This document shows positions 18,684 to 27,033 of a DNA stretch of 64,000 bases, piece by piece. The translations under genes and the position numbers were made by a program. The DNA lies in the IMG/VR virus record IMGVR_UViG_3300027612_000506; one strand, written 5' to 3'. The notes below the pieces were generated by a model. It saw nothing but the letters and a program-made list of their open reading frames with translations, did not search any database and was not told where the DNA came from. Positions within the stretch are counted from its first letter, which is position 1; each line of letters opens with the position of its first letter. This DNA comes from an uncultured virus (IMG/VR IMGVR_UViG_3300027612_000506) (lineage: Duplodnaviria > Heunggongvirae > Uroviricota > Caudoviricetes).

Positions 18684-19844
18684 ATGTCAGATCGTCAAAC
18701 ACTTTTAAATACACTGGGTAACATTGACAACGGTACGGGTGTCTTCACTCGCATTGAGGTTATTGAAGCGGCTAAGAACGCAGGGCTTAAATTCCCTCAC
18801 TGGTTCTTCCGTGAGAACAAGGTTGCCCGTAACCAATATGCATTGAACATGCAGGGTGTGGTGGTTCCTATGCAGGCTAAACCCCAGACTCCTGTTATGA
18901 CAATTGAACCTCAGGAGGCTAAGGTAGTGACACAGGCTAAACTAGCGGTCGAGGTGGACAACCTTGTCCCCGTGGCTGATGCTACTTATGTGCCGTTTGG
19001 TTTCAGTAAGGACTTGACCCAGATTCTCAAGTCCCGAATGTTTTATCCTACTTTCATCTCAGGCTTGTCAGGTAACGGCAAGACTACGATGGTAGAACAG
19101 ACTTGCGCTAAGTTGAAGCGTGAGGCTATCCGAGTAAACATCTCAATTGAGACGGACGAGGATGACCTCATTGGTGGTAATACACTGGTCGATGGTAATG
19201 TTGTTTACCGTGAGGGTCCAGTACTTACCGCAATGAAGCGAGGCGCAGTTCTTATCCTTGATGAGTTGGACCGCGGTTCAAACAAGTTGATGTGCCTACA
19301 AGCCATCCTCGAGGGTAAGGCTTACTTTAATAAAAAGACAGGCGAGATGGTTACTCCTGCTCCTGGATTCAATGTCATTGCAACGGCTAATACAAAAGGC
19401 CGCGGTTCAGATGATGGCAAGTTCATGAGTGCTCAAATTCTAGATGAGGCATTCCTAGAACGGTTTGCAATCACAGTTGAGCAGGAGTACCCATCTCAGG
19501 CGCAGGAGAAAAAGATTATTCTCGGCAAGATGCAGAAGGCAGGCAAGCTGGATGAGGACTTTGCGGAGAAGCTAGTCACCTGGGCTGATATTATCCGTAA
19601 GACATTCTATGAGGGTGCTATTGAAGAGCTCATCAGTACCCGTCGATTAGAACACATTGTCAATGCATATGCAATGTTCAATGACCGCATGAAAGCTATT
19701 GAGCTTTGTGTTAACCGCTTTGATGCAGATACTAAGTCTGCGTTTACAGAGCTATACACTAAGGTTGATTCAGGTGTACTAGGCACTGAGGATGAAGTGG
19801 CTGATGTTGAGAGCCCAGAAGAAGTAGAAGGAGTATCATTCTAA
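18684..19844 (+). CDS. MoxR/CobS-like AAA+ ATPase
   Basis: GLSGNGKT, LILDE, ATANT, AFLERF, STRRL. Confidence 0.85.
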   Translation: MSDRQTLLNTLGNIDNGTGVFTRIEVIEAAKNAGLKFPHWFFRENKVARNQYALNMQGVVVPMQAKPQTPVMTIEPQEAKVVTQAKLAVEVDNLVPVADATYVPFGFSKDLTQILKSRMFYPTFISGLSGNGKTTMVEQTCAKLKREAIRVNISIETDEDDLIGGNTLVDGNVVYREGPVLTAMKRGAVLILDELDRGSNKLMCLQAILEGKAYFNKKTGEMVTPAPGFNVIATANTKGRGSDDGKFMSAQILDEAFLERFAITVEQEYPSQAQEKKIILGKMQKAGKLDEDFAEKLVTWADIIRKTFYEGAIEELISTRRLEHIVNAYAMFNDRMKAIELCVNRFDADTKSAFTELYTKVDSGVLGTEDEVADVESPEEVEGVSF

Positions 19845-20131
19845 TGAGTAAAAAAGTTTACAAGTTCCGTGAAGATGAGTTGATTGAGGAATTTAAAAAG
19901 TATATTGATTCTACTTACAAAGGTCACTATGGTCAAGGCGGACTTCAGTCCGCTGAGATCATTATAGATAGGGGTCATGGTCAAGGATTCTTTCATGGCA
20001 ATATCGACAAGTATAATGACCGCTACGGCAAAAAGGGTGATACCCCAGATGAATGGCGTAAGGATATTGTGAAGACTATTCACTATGGATTTCTTGCTTT
20101 GTATGAACACGATAGAGTTCACGGCAAGTAA
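19844..20131 (+). CDS. Conserved phage hypothetical protein (DUF3310-like)
   Basis: YIDSTY.GHY, GNIDKY.DRYGKKG. Confidence 0.6.
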   Translation: MSKKVYKFREDELIEEFKKYIDSTYKGHYGQGGLQSAEIIIDRGHGQGFFHGNIDKYNDRYGKKGDTPDEWRKDIVKTIHYGFLALYEHDRVHGK

Positions 20132-20137
20132 ACGGTT

Positions 20138-20197
20138 TGGGGCGGCGGTGTGACTCTAACTCTCTCTCCTCACTATGACACCGCCGTCCCATCTTTT
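20138..20197 (+). terminator. Intrinsic terminator: 14-bp GC-rich stem, 26-nt C/U-rich loop, short U tract
   Basis: TGGGGCGGCGGTGT pairs with ACACCGCCGTCCCA, followed by TCTTTT. Confidence 0.75.
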
Positions 20198-20204
20198 ATA
20201 AATA
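20197..20204 (+). promoter_or_regulatory. Late promoter TATAAATA
   Basis: Exact motif upstream of 20238. Confidence 0.7.
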
Positions 20205-20237
20205 ATTAACTATTTAAATGTTGTAAGGAATAAAATA

Positions 20238-20561
20238 ATGCCAGATATAAAAATTGTTGTTACCCGAGAGAGTATTAGTGACCAATGGCCTGCTGAACAA
20301 TCTTCGGATACGGAAGCCTACGCATTAGCGACAGTACAGGCGGCACAAAATGGTGATCACAATTGCGAGATGTCTTTTATTATAAGTGAGGACGGACTAA
20401 GCAAAGAACTTACTCTTGAATTTCCTACAACCGCAGATAGAGATGCATGGTGGGCGGATACACTAGACACCGAACTGGACGCAAAACTAAACGCCCGAAA
20501 CGATGATTCAGATAACCCTGTAACCTATTGGGCAGGTAATGCGGAAGATTATCCTAGCTAG
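20238..20561 (+). CDS. Acidic late hypothetical protein
   Basis: AAGGA RBS and late promoter. Confidence 0.6.
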   Translation: MPDIKIVVTRESISDQWPAEQSSDTEAYALATVQAAQNGDHNCEMSFIISEDGLSKELTLEFPTTADRDAWWADTLDTELDAKLNARNDDSDNPVTYWAGNAEDYPS

Positions 20562-20565
20562 TTTG

Positions 20566-20607
20566 GTCACCTCGTAGGTTGACTTTCCTAGTCTTTTATA
20601 TTATATT
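20566..20607 (+). promoter_or_regulatory. Sigma70 promoter of gp45 with upstream GTCA
   Basis: TTGACT 20579, 17 bp, TATATT 20602. Confidence 0.65.
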
Positions 20608-20640
20608 ATGATTATTAACTAATGAAACTGTGGAGTTTAT

Positions 20641-21303
20641 ATGATGAAAATCTCAAAAGATACGCTGGATGTACTTAAAAATTATGCCAGCATTAATACA
20701 AATATTCTTGTCCGAGAAGGTAGCACACTAGCAACTATTTCTACGGGCAAGAATATTTTTTCTCGAACTACTGTTAAAGAAACCTTTGATAAAGAGTTTG
20801 CAATTTACGATCTAAATAGTTTGCTTGCCCTACTCACTCTGATGGAAGATACAGATGTAGAGTTTGGTGATGAGAGCATTACTATTAGTAAAGACCGTAG
20901 TAAGTTTGAATATTACTATGCAGATCCTAGCATTATTGTCGCCGCGCCCGATAAGACAATTGAAGTAGACAATCATTTTACTTTCAATCTTTCATCTTCA
21001 GAGGTTGCAATGATTATGAAGGCGGCGGCTATCACGGCGGCGCCTATGCTTAGTGTTGTTGCTAAAGACGGTACAGTGACACTATCAGTTGGTGACCCTG
21101 CAACTCCCCGTAGCAATAGTTTCCGACATGTTATCGGTGAAACAGATGCTACAGACTTTGACTGCCGCTTGGCAATTGAAAACTTTAAAGTCATTCCAGG
21201 CGAGTATGAAATTACTTTGAGCCAGAAGAAGTTTATGCATCTTAAAAACAAAGCCACTGACCTTCAGTATTGGCTTGCACTAGAACCTAGCTCTGTAATT
21301 TAA
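20641..21303 (+). CDS. gp45: Sliding clamp gp45
   Basis: LKNYASIN, FAIYDLN, YWLALE. Confidence 0.95.
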   Translation: MMKISKDTLDVLKNYASINTNILVREGSTLATISTGKNIFSRTTVKETFDKEFAIYDLNSLLALLTLMEDTDVEFGDESITISKDRSKFEYYYADPSIIVAAPDKTIEVDNHFTFNLSSSEVAMIMKAAAITAAPMLSVVAKDGTVTLSVGDPATPRSNSFRHVIGETDATDFDCRLAIENFKVIPGEYEITLSQKKFMHLKNKATDLQYWLALEPSSVI

Positions 21304-21313
21304 GGAGTATGCG

Positions 21314-21931
21314 ATGCCAGGATTCCCTTTTAAAATTCCCAATGTAATTTTCAAAACCCGTGTTCGTGATGAGAGCATCGGCGGCGACAATCCTTATCGT
21401 TGGGATGATGTGACTACACAAGATTTGTTCGGCGGTAAACGGTGCATTCTGTTTTCACTGCCGGGCGCATTTACACCAACCTGTTCTACTTTTCAACTAC
21501 CTGACTTTGAAAAACTTTTTACAGAGTTTCAGGCAGAGGGCATTGATGAAATTTATTGTATGTCAGTAAATGATTCTTTTGTTATGAATAAGTGGGCACA
21601 AGATCAAGGACTACAAAATGTAAAGGTTATCCCAGATGGGTCTGCAATCTTTACTACCTATATGGGTATGGATGTTCTTAAAGACAACTTGGGGTTTGGT
21701 GTTAGGTCTTGGCGTTATGCTTTGGTTGTAAACAATATGGAGATTGAGAAATCTTTTATTGAACCTGGTATGATGGCTAATGCCGATGATGATCCTTATG
21801 GTATTTCCTCACCGCAAAACATCCTTGCATACCTACAGGGCAAACTGTTTGATGAAAGTGGGCAACCTCGAGGCAGACAACTTACCCTAAACTTGCAAGA
21901 TGGGGTTGACTCTAAAGCAAAAATGAGTTAA
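21314..21931 (+). CDS. Peroxiredoxin (Prx5 type)
   Basis: LPGAFTPTCS, SVNDSFVM, RSWRY. Confidence 0.9.
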   Translation: MPGFPFKIPNVIFKTRVRDESIGGDNPYRWDDVTTQDLFGGKRCILFSLPGAFTPTCSTFQLPDFEKLFTEFQAEGIDEIYCMSVNDSFVMNKWAQDQGLQNVKVIPDGSAIFTTYMGMDVLKDNLGFGVRSWRYALVVNNMEIEKSFIEPGMMANADDDPYGISSPQNILAYLQGKLFDESGQPRGRQLTLNLQDGVDSKAKMS

Positions 21932-21934
21932 ACT
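21906..21934 (+). promoter_or_regulatory. Sigma70 promoter of gp44
   Basis: TTGACT-17-TAAACT. Confidence 0.55.
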
Positions 21935-21968
21935 CTCACTATTAAATATATTATGATTGAGGTGAATT

Positions 21969-22904
21969 ATGGAAAACAAAGAGTTCTTGTGGGTAGAAAA
22001 GTATCGCCCTAAAACTCTTAATGAATGTATCCTACCTGATGAGACACTTACGGTTTTCCGTCAGTTTGTTGAAGCAGGTGAAATTCCTAACATGCTGTTA
22101 TGCGGCACTGCTGGCACGGGTAAGACTACGGTCGCCCGTGCCTTATGCAATGAGTTAGAATGTGATTACATTGTCATTAACGGATCTGAGGAGTCAGGCA
22201 TTGATGTGTTGCGAACAAAGATTAAGAGCTTTGCAAGCACTGTCAGTTTTGAAGGTAAGCCTAAGGTGGTTATACTTGATGAGGCAGACTATCTAAACCC
22301 TAACTCTACGCAACCTGCATTGAGAGCTTTTATTGAGGAGTTCTCAAAAAACTGTAGGTTCATTTTTACATGTAACTTTAAGAATCGTATCATTGCTCCT
22401 CTGCATAGTCGAACTACAGTCATTGAGTTTAAACTAGAGAATGGTCAGAAGCAAAGGATGGCTGGTAAATTTCATAAACGCATGATTGAGATTTTACAAG
22501 CTGAGAATGTACAATACAATGATAAAGTCCTTGCTGAATTGTTGATGAAGCACTTTCCTGATTATCGCCGTGTGCTTAACGAGTTACAGCGATACAGTGT
22601 AGGGGGTGTAATTGATGAGGGTATACTTAGTAACTTAGCTGAGATTAACACTAAGGCTCTTGTAGACGCTCTTAGAGACAAGGACTGGAAGAAGATGCGT
22701 CAGTGGGTCGCTAATAATGTAGACAGTGACCCTCAGGCGGTGTATCGTAAAGTGTATGACACAATGCTGGATAAGGTGAAGCAGGTGCCGCAGTTGGTAT
22801 TGTTAATTGCGGATTATCAGTATAAGGCAGCCTTTGTCGCTGACCAAGAAATTAATTTGACTGCATGCCTCACTGAGATCATGGCTAATGTGGAGTTTAA
22901 ATAG
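21969..22904 (+). CDS. gp44: Clamp loader large subunit gp44
   Basis: LWVEKYRP, GTAGTGKT, DEAD, LHSR. Confidence 0.95.
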   Translation: MENKEFLWVEKYRPKTLNECILPDETLTVFRQFVEAGEIPNMLLCGTAGTGKTTVARALCNELECDYIVINGSEESGIDVLRTKIKSFASTVSFEGKPKVVILDEADYLNPNSTQPALRAFIEEFSKNCRFIFTCNFKNRIIAPLHSRTTVIEFKLENGQKQRMAGKFHKRMIEILQAENVQYNDKVLAELLMKHFPDYRRVLNELQRYSVGGVIDEGILSNLAEINTKALVDALRDKDWKKMRQWVANNVDSDPQAVYRKVYDTMLDKVKQVPQLVLLIADYQYKAAFVADQEINLTACLTEIMANVEFK

Positions 22905-23992
22905 TGTGGTCATACGAAAAGTTAAATGCCGTACATTTAGAACTTAGCAGTCGGTGCAATGCCGCCTGTCCAGGATGTCCTCGACATCTTAGAAACTCTC
23001 CTAATGTGGATCCTAATTTACAACAACGGGATATTAGCATTGGTGAGTTTAAGTCTTGGTTCAGTCCTGATGCATTAGCCAAGATTGAAAACTGGATTAT
23101 ATGTGGCACCCACGGGGATCCTATCACCTGCAAAGACTTAGTAGAGATAGTAGAATATATCTGCCAACATAGCCCGGGCTCTATACAGATTAATACTAAT
23201 GGTGGGTTGCGAGGTACTCAATTTTTTTCGGACTTGGGTAGGGTACTTGCAGAAAATAAATTGCCTGATGTAAACAGAGCAGTTATTTTTTCCATAGATG
23301 GGTTAGAGGATACAAACCATTTATATCGAAGGCAGGTAAAGTGGGATAAAGTTATTAGCAACATTAAGGCATATGTTGCGGCAGGTGGTCTTGCGGCATG
23401 GGACTTTCTAAGATTCTCATACAATAGCCATCAAGTAGAGGAAGCTGAAAAGTTAGCAAAAAGTCTAGGAGTACATTTTAGACTTAAAAATCCTTTCGGT
23501 GTTGATGGTACAGGAATGCCTGTATATGACAAGGACTATAATCTAGAATATGTTATCAACCACTGGTCAGAAGGTGATAAGGAACCCTATGTGCCTCCTC
23601 ACTTGGGGTATGTTGCCCCAAGACCTAGATTGAAAACACGCCAAGGGTGTATAGAGTGTAATGCGTTTAGGAATCATCATCCCCCCAACCACGAGAAACC
23701 TATGTGTGAAATTTATATTGACCACTTAGGTAATGTACAGCCTTGTTGTTTTGTAGGGAACAAGATGTATGGACCTGCATATATGGAAGAAGCCACAGAA
23801 GTTAGAGGTGTACAAAAGGCTATCGGAAATCGTAACAATTTGTATACTTATAGCCTGCAGGAAGTGCTTGACAATGGTGCTCTAAACATGTATAGTGATA
23901 GTTGGAAGTATAAAACAATTAATCAATGTTGGGTGCAATGTGGTAAGCAAGAAGGCGGCGATAGATTAATTGATAGTTTATTTGTTAAATAG
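22904..23992 (+). CDS. Radical SAM enzyme with C-terminal SPASM/twitch domain
   Basis: CNAACPGC, GDP, NTNG, SIDG, G.VQPCC. Confidence 0.85.
   Translation: MWSYEKLNAVHLELSSRCNAACPGCPRHLRNSPNVDPNLQQRDISIGEFKSWFSPDALAKIENWIICGTHGDPITCKDLVEIVEYICQHSPGSIQINTNGGLRGTQFFSDLGRVLAENKLPDVNRAVIFSIDGLEDTNHLYRRQVKWDKVISNIKAYVAAGGLAAWDFLRFSYNSHQVEEAEKLAKSLGVHFRLKNPFGVDGTGMPVYDKDYNLEYVINHWSEGDKEPYVPPHLGYVAPRPRLKTRQGCIECNAFRNHHPPNHEKPMCEIYIDHLGNVQPCCFVGNKMYGPAYMEEATEVRGVQKAIGNRNNLYTYSLQEVLDNGALNMYSDSWKYKTINQCWVQCGKQEGGDRLIDSLFVK
23868..23896 (+). promoter_or_regulatory. Internal sigma70 promoter
   Basis: TTGACA-17-TATAGT. Confidence 0.6.
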
Positions 23993-24004
23993 TTAGGATA
24001 TAAT

Positions 24005-24163
24005 ATGATTAATAAAGACCCAGGTAAAAGACATTTTTATATTAGCATTGTCAAAAGTGTATTGCGGTTCGCCGCATGTGGCTACTTGTATGTAGGTAAT
24101 TATGAGGGAGCCGCTCTCTTTTTGTTCTCGGCAGAAGTATTAGGAATTGCTGAGGAGATTTAA
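24005..24163 (+). CDS. Small membrane protein (52 aa, not in the ORF track)
   Basis: MINKDPGKRHFYISIVKSVLRFAAC...AEVLGIAEEI; AGGA RBS; stop overlaps the next ATG. Confidence 0.65.
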   Translation: MINKDPGKRHFYISIVKSVLRFAACGYLYVGNYEGAALFLFSAEVLGIAEEI

Positions 24164-24921
24164 TGGACATTGTTCTTGTATCAGGTGGGTTTGATCCTTT
24201 ACACTCTGGACATATAGATTATTTCCGAGAAGCTAAAAAACTTGGAGATAGGTTGGCAGTAGGTATTAACTCTGATGCCTGGCTTATTAGGAAAAAAGGT
24301 AAGGCCTTTATGTCAGAGCAGGAACGAACTAGCATCATATCTTCCTTAGAGATGGTAGATGCAGTGTATACTATGAATGACAGTGATGATACTGCCACAA
24401 ACTTCATAGCCTCTATGATGAATGATTACCCAAATGATAACCTCATCTTTGCTAATGGAGGTGACCGCACACAAAAGACCGTACCTGAGTTTCATCGGTT
24501 TGATTATCCTAAGTTGAAATTTGTCTTTGGTGTAGGGGGTGACAAGACACAAAGTAGCAGTGAATTACTGAAACAGTATCAGACTACCGAAAGAGTTTGG
24601 GGACACTTTACAGAACTATTTAAAGATAGTAGAGTAAAGGTTAAGGAACTTGTTATTGAACCTGGTAAAGGTATTAGCTATCAGAAACATTTTCTAAGAA
24701 GTGAAGTGTGGTTTATCAGTCAGGGTAAATGCACACTAAAGACTAGCATGGGTGAAAGAACAAATTTTACCATGCATAATTTAAGAGAGGATGATGTACA
24801 TGTTGTCAGAGCAAATGAGTGGCATCAATTATACAATCCTTACAGTAAACCTTGTCATGTGATTGAGATACAATATGGTGAAGAAACAAGTGAAGAAGAC
24901 ATCCTCCGAGATGAAACCTAG
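24163..24921 (+). CDS. Cytidylyltransferase-family domain fused to a mannose-6-P-isomerase-type cupin
   Basis: GGFDPLHSGH, FANGGDR, then RVWG...SYQKH..RSEVW...WHQL..IEIQYG. Confidence 0.85.
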   Translation: MDIVLVSGGFDPLHSGHIDYFREAKKLGDRLAVGINSDAWLIRKKGKAFMSEQERTSIISSLEMVDAVYTMNDSDDTATNFIASMMNDYPNDNLIFANGGDRTQKTVPEFHRFDYPKLKFVFGVGGDKTQSSSELLKQYQTTERVWGHFTELFKDSRVKVKELVIEPGKGISYQKHFLRSEVWFISQGKCTLKTSMGERTNFTMHNLREDDVHVVRANEWHQLYNPYSKPCHVIEIQYGEETSEEDILRDET

Positions 24922-25369
24922 TTTCCTCGAAGATTTAGGTCCGCCCGTAGAACAGTTTAATGCTGAAAGTTATGTGGAGAAGAAAAAGGCTATAAGTCCC
25001 TTTGACTTTGCTAACAGTATTAATCATTCTAAGGATAATCTAATTATAGATGACTGGAGTGAGAAGCAATATAATCCCTTTATTGTCAATAAGGCTATGA
25101 GCTATGGACCTGATACTGTTATTGCCGCGAACGAGATGAACTCTCGCCCACACCTTGCACACAAGATGCAATATGACTTTTTACTCAATGTTGTCCGCAG
25201 TAAGAAGCGTTACAACAAATGGTTAAAACCTGAGAAGGAAGAGAATATTGAAATTGTAAAGGAGTACTTTGGATATGGTAATACAAAGGCACAGGAGGCA
25301 CTAAGACTTCTGTCAGATAAAGATCTAGGGGAAATACGAGCTCGCTTGAATAAGGGAGGTAAAAATTAA
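24911..25369 (+). CDS. gp62: Clamp loader small subunit gp62
   Basis: YNPFIVNKAMS, ANEMN, QYDFL, EYFGY. Confidence 0.9.
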   Translation: MKPSFLEDLGPPVEQFNAESYVEKKKAISPFDFANSINHSKDNLIIDDWSEKQYNPFIVNKAMSYGPDTVIAANEMNSRPHLAHKMQYDFLLNVVRSKKRYNKWLKPEKEENIEIVKEYFGYGNTKAQEALRLLSDKDLGEIRARLNKGGKN

Positions 25370-25375
25370 GTAAAG

Positions 25376-25383
25376 TATAAATA
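25376..25383 (+). promoter_or_regulatory. Late promoter TATAAATA upstream of regA
   Basis: Exact motif, intergenic. Confidence 0.6.
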
Positions 25384-25432
25384 ACCAGCGGAAACATATT
25401 TTAACTTCTCACTATAATAATAGGTATTAATA

Positions 25433-25849
25433 ATGAGTGAAGATTTCTTTGATATTGATTACCCTGGTTATGCGCCTCTGGAAATCAAACTAAAAAATGC
25501 AGATGACTTTTTAAAGATTAGAGAGACTCTATCTAGAATAGGTATTGCTTCTCGAAAAGAAAAAATCCTATATCAGTCCTGCCACATTTTACATAAACAA
25601 GGTCGATACTTTATCACACACTTTAAAGAGCTTTTTGCTCTGGATGGTAAAGCGGCTGACTTTGATGAAAACGATCTGCAACGCAGAAACACAATTGCCA
25701 AACTGTTATCTGACTGGGGTTTATTGGATGTAATGCATCCTGAAATCCATGAAGAACTCGCGCCGCTAAGCCATATTAAGATTATTGCTTTCAAGGAAAA
25801 GGGCGAGTGGGAACTGATAACAAAATACAATATTGGTAAAAAGAATTAA
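25433..25849 (+). CDS. regA: Translational repressor RegA
   Basis: DDFLKIRETLSRIGIA, LYQSCHILHKQG, HFKELF. Confidence 0.95.
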   Translation: MSEDFFDIDYPGYAPLEIKLKNADDFLKIRETLSRIGIASRKEKILYQSCHILHKQGRYFITHFKELFALDGKAADFDENDLQRRNTIAKLLSDWGLLDVMHPEIHEELAPLSHIKIIAFKEKGEWELITKYNIGKKN

Positions 25850-25890
25850 GTATTGCTCTTGTAATTTTAGAGATAATACTTATATATAGT

Positions 25891-25945
25891 AGGTGACGCC
25901 GTAAGGGTCACTTAAAATTTAACTCGCTTAATTAAGGAGAACACA
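25891..25945 (+). promoter_or_regulatory. Structured hsp20 5'UTR: GNRA hairpin and a ROSE-like SD-sequestering hairpin
   Basis: AGGTGAC-GCC-GTAA-GG-GTCACTT; CTCGCTT-AATT-AAGGAG with a bulged G. Confidence 0.6.
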
Positions 25946-26404
25946 ATGGTAGTTCGTAAATTTAATGCCTCTAATTTAGAGGATATCAAGGATCAAATCT
26001 CGCCTTTCACAATTGGCTTTGACCGCATCTTCAGTAATCTACATACGGTTGCTGACCTGTCAAACAATTATCCGCCTTACAATATTATTAAAGACAACGA
26101 TCTTTATGTTATTGAATTTGCCGCCGCTGGCTTTGACGAAGAAGAATTAACTATTCATCAAATCCCAGAAGGCAACAAATTGGTAATCCAAGGCGTACAG
26201 CAAAAAGAAGATAAACGAGATTATATCCATCATGGAATTGGTGCTCGTAACTTTACAAAAACATTTGCATTGAACGATGACATCGAAGTCGTAGGTGCAG
26301 AGTTTACACACGGTATGTTGCGTATCACATTAGAGCATATTGTCCCTGAGGCGAAAAAACCAAAAGAGATAAAAATCTCTACAAAAACTTTCCTACAGGA
26401 CTAA
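25946..26404 (+). CDS. hsp20: Small heat shock protein (IbpA/Hsp20)
   Basis: GFDR, NYPPYNI, AAAGF, HGIGAR.F, GML.I.L. Confidence 0.95.
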   Translation: MVVRKFNASNLEDIKDQISPFTIGFDRIFSNLHTVADLSNNYPPYNIIKDNDLYVIEFAAAGFDEEELTIHQIPEGNKLVIQGVQQKEDKRDYIHHGIGARNFTKTFALNDDIEVVGAEFTHGMLRITLEHIVPEAKKPKEIKISTKTFLQD

Positions 26405-26425
26405 ATAGTATGTAGTGTACACTAC

Positions 26426-26457
26426 GGGGGAGCCGCGTTTCCTTTCCGCGCTCCCCC
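26426..26457 (+). terminator. GC-rich hairpin after hsp20
   Basis: GGGGGAGC-CGCG...CGCG-CTCCCCC; weak U tail. Confidence 0.55.
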
Positions 26458-26486
26458 AAACTCTTAAATTATTATAGGATATTATT

Positions 26487-26663
26487 ATGACCACACATGA
26501 ACAGATTATTGCCGCTTATGAGGAATACCTAGTACAACACGAAGCATTTGAGGTTGGTGGTAAAAAGGTTGCCGCAACTCGTGCCCGCAAGGCACTCGGT
26601 GATTTAGGTAAACTTACAAAAGAACGCCGTAAAGAAATTCAAGAAAAGAAGAATTCACTATGA
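26487..26663 (+). CDS. Histone H1-like Hc1-family small basic protein (58 aa, not in the ORF track)
   Basis: G-KKVAATRARKAL...ERRKEIQEKK; ATGA-coupled to the next gene. Confidence 0.7.
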   Translation: MTTHEQIIAAYEEYLVQHEAFEVGGKKVAATRARKALGDLGKLTKERRKEIQEKKNSL

Positions 26664-26974
26664 GCGATGTCCAAATTGTAAAGCTCACTTCAGGTGAGGA
26701 ACTTATTGGTAAGGTAACTGAGACAGACCTCGAAGGTCGCCAGCTTGTACAAATTGAAAAGCCGGCAGTAGTTATGCTTATCCCTGACCAAAAAGAAGAA
26801 GGTAAGTTTGGTATTGGGCTGGCACCATATGCTCCTTATGCTGAAGGCAATCTTATCCCAATTTTTCCTAATCACATTATTTCAATTTTCTCTCCGGCTA
26901 AGACCTTGTTGAATGAATACAATCAGCATTATGGTTCTAAGGTCATTGTTCCTGAGTCCAAAATTCAAATTTAA
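26660..26974 (+). CDS. Conserved T4-like hypothetical protein upstream of gp43
   Basis: IVKLTSGEELIG, APYAPYA. Confidence 0.65.
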   Translation: MSDVQIVKLTSGEELIGKVTETDLEGRQLVQIEKPAVVMLIPDQKEEGKFGIGLAPYAPYAEGNLIPIFPNHIISIFSPAKTLLNEYNQHYGSKVIVPESKIQI

Positions 26975-26985
26975 TTGCTATATTG

Positions 26986-27026
26986 GTAAACTTCCGCTTG
27001 ACATCGGCGGAAGTTTACTGTATAGT
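26986..27026 (+). promoter_or_regulatory. gp43 promoter with its -35 box in the loop of a 12-bp inverted repeat
   Basis: GTAAACTTCCGC-TTGACATCG-GCGGAAGTTTAC; TATAGT at 27021. Confidence 0.8.
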
Positions 27027-27033
27027 GTACAGT

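Noticed and set aside
16342..19844. Cobalamin biosynthesis (cobST)
   Set aside because: No cobN or other cob genes; this is the widespread phage MoxR/VWA pair.
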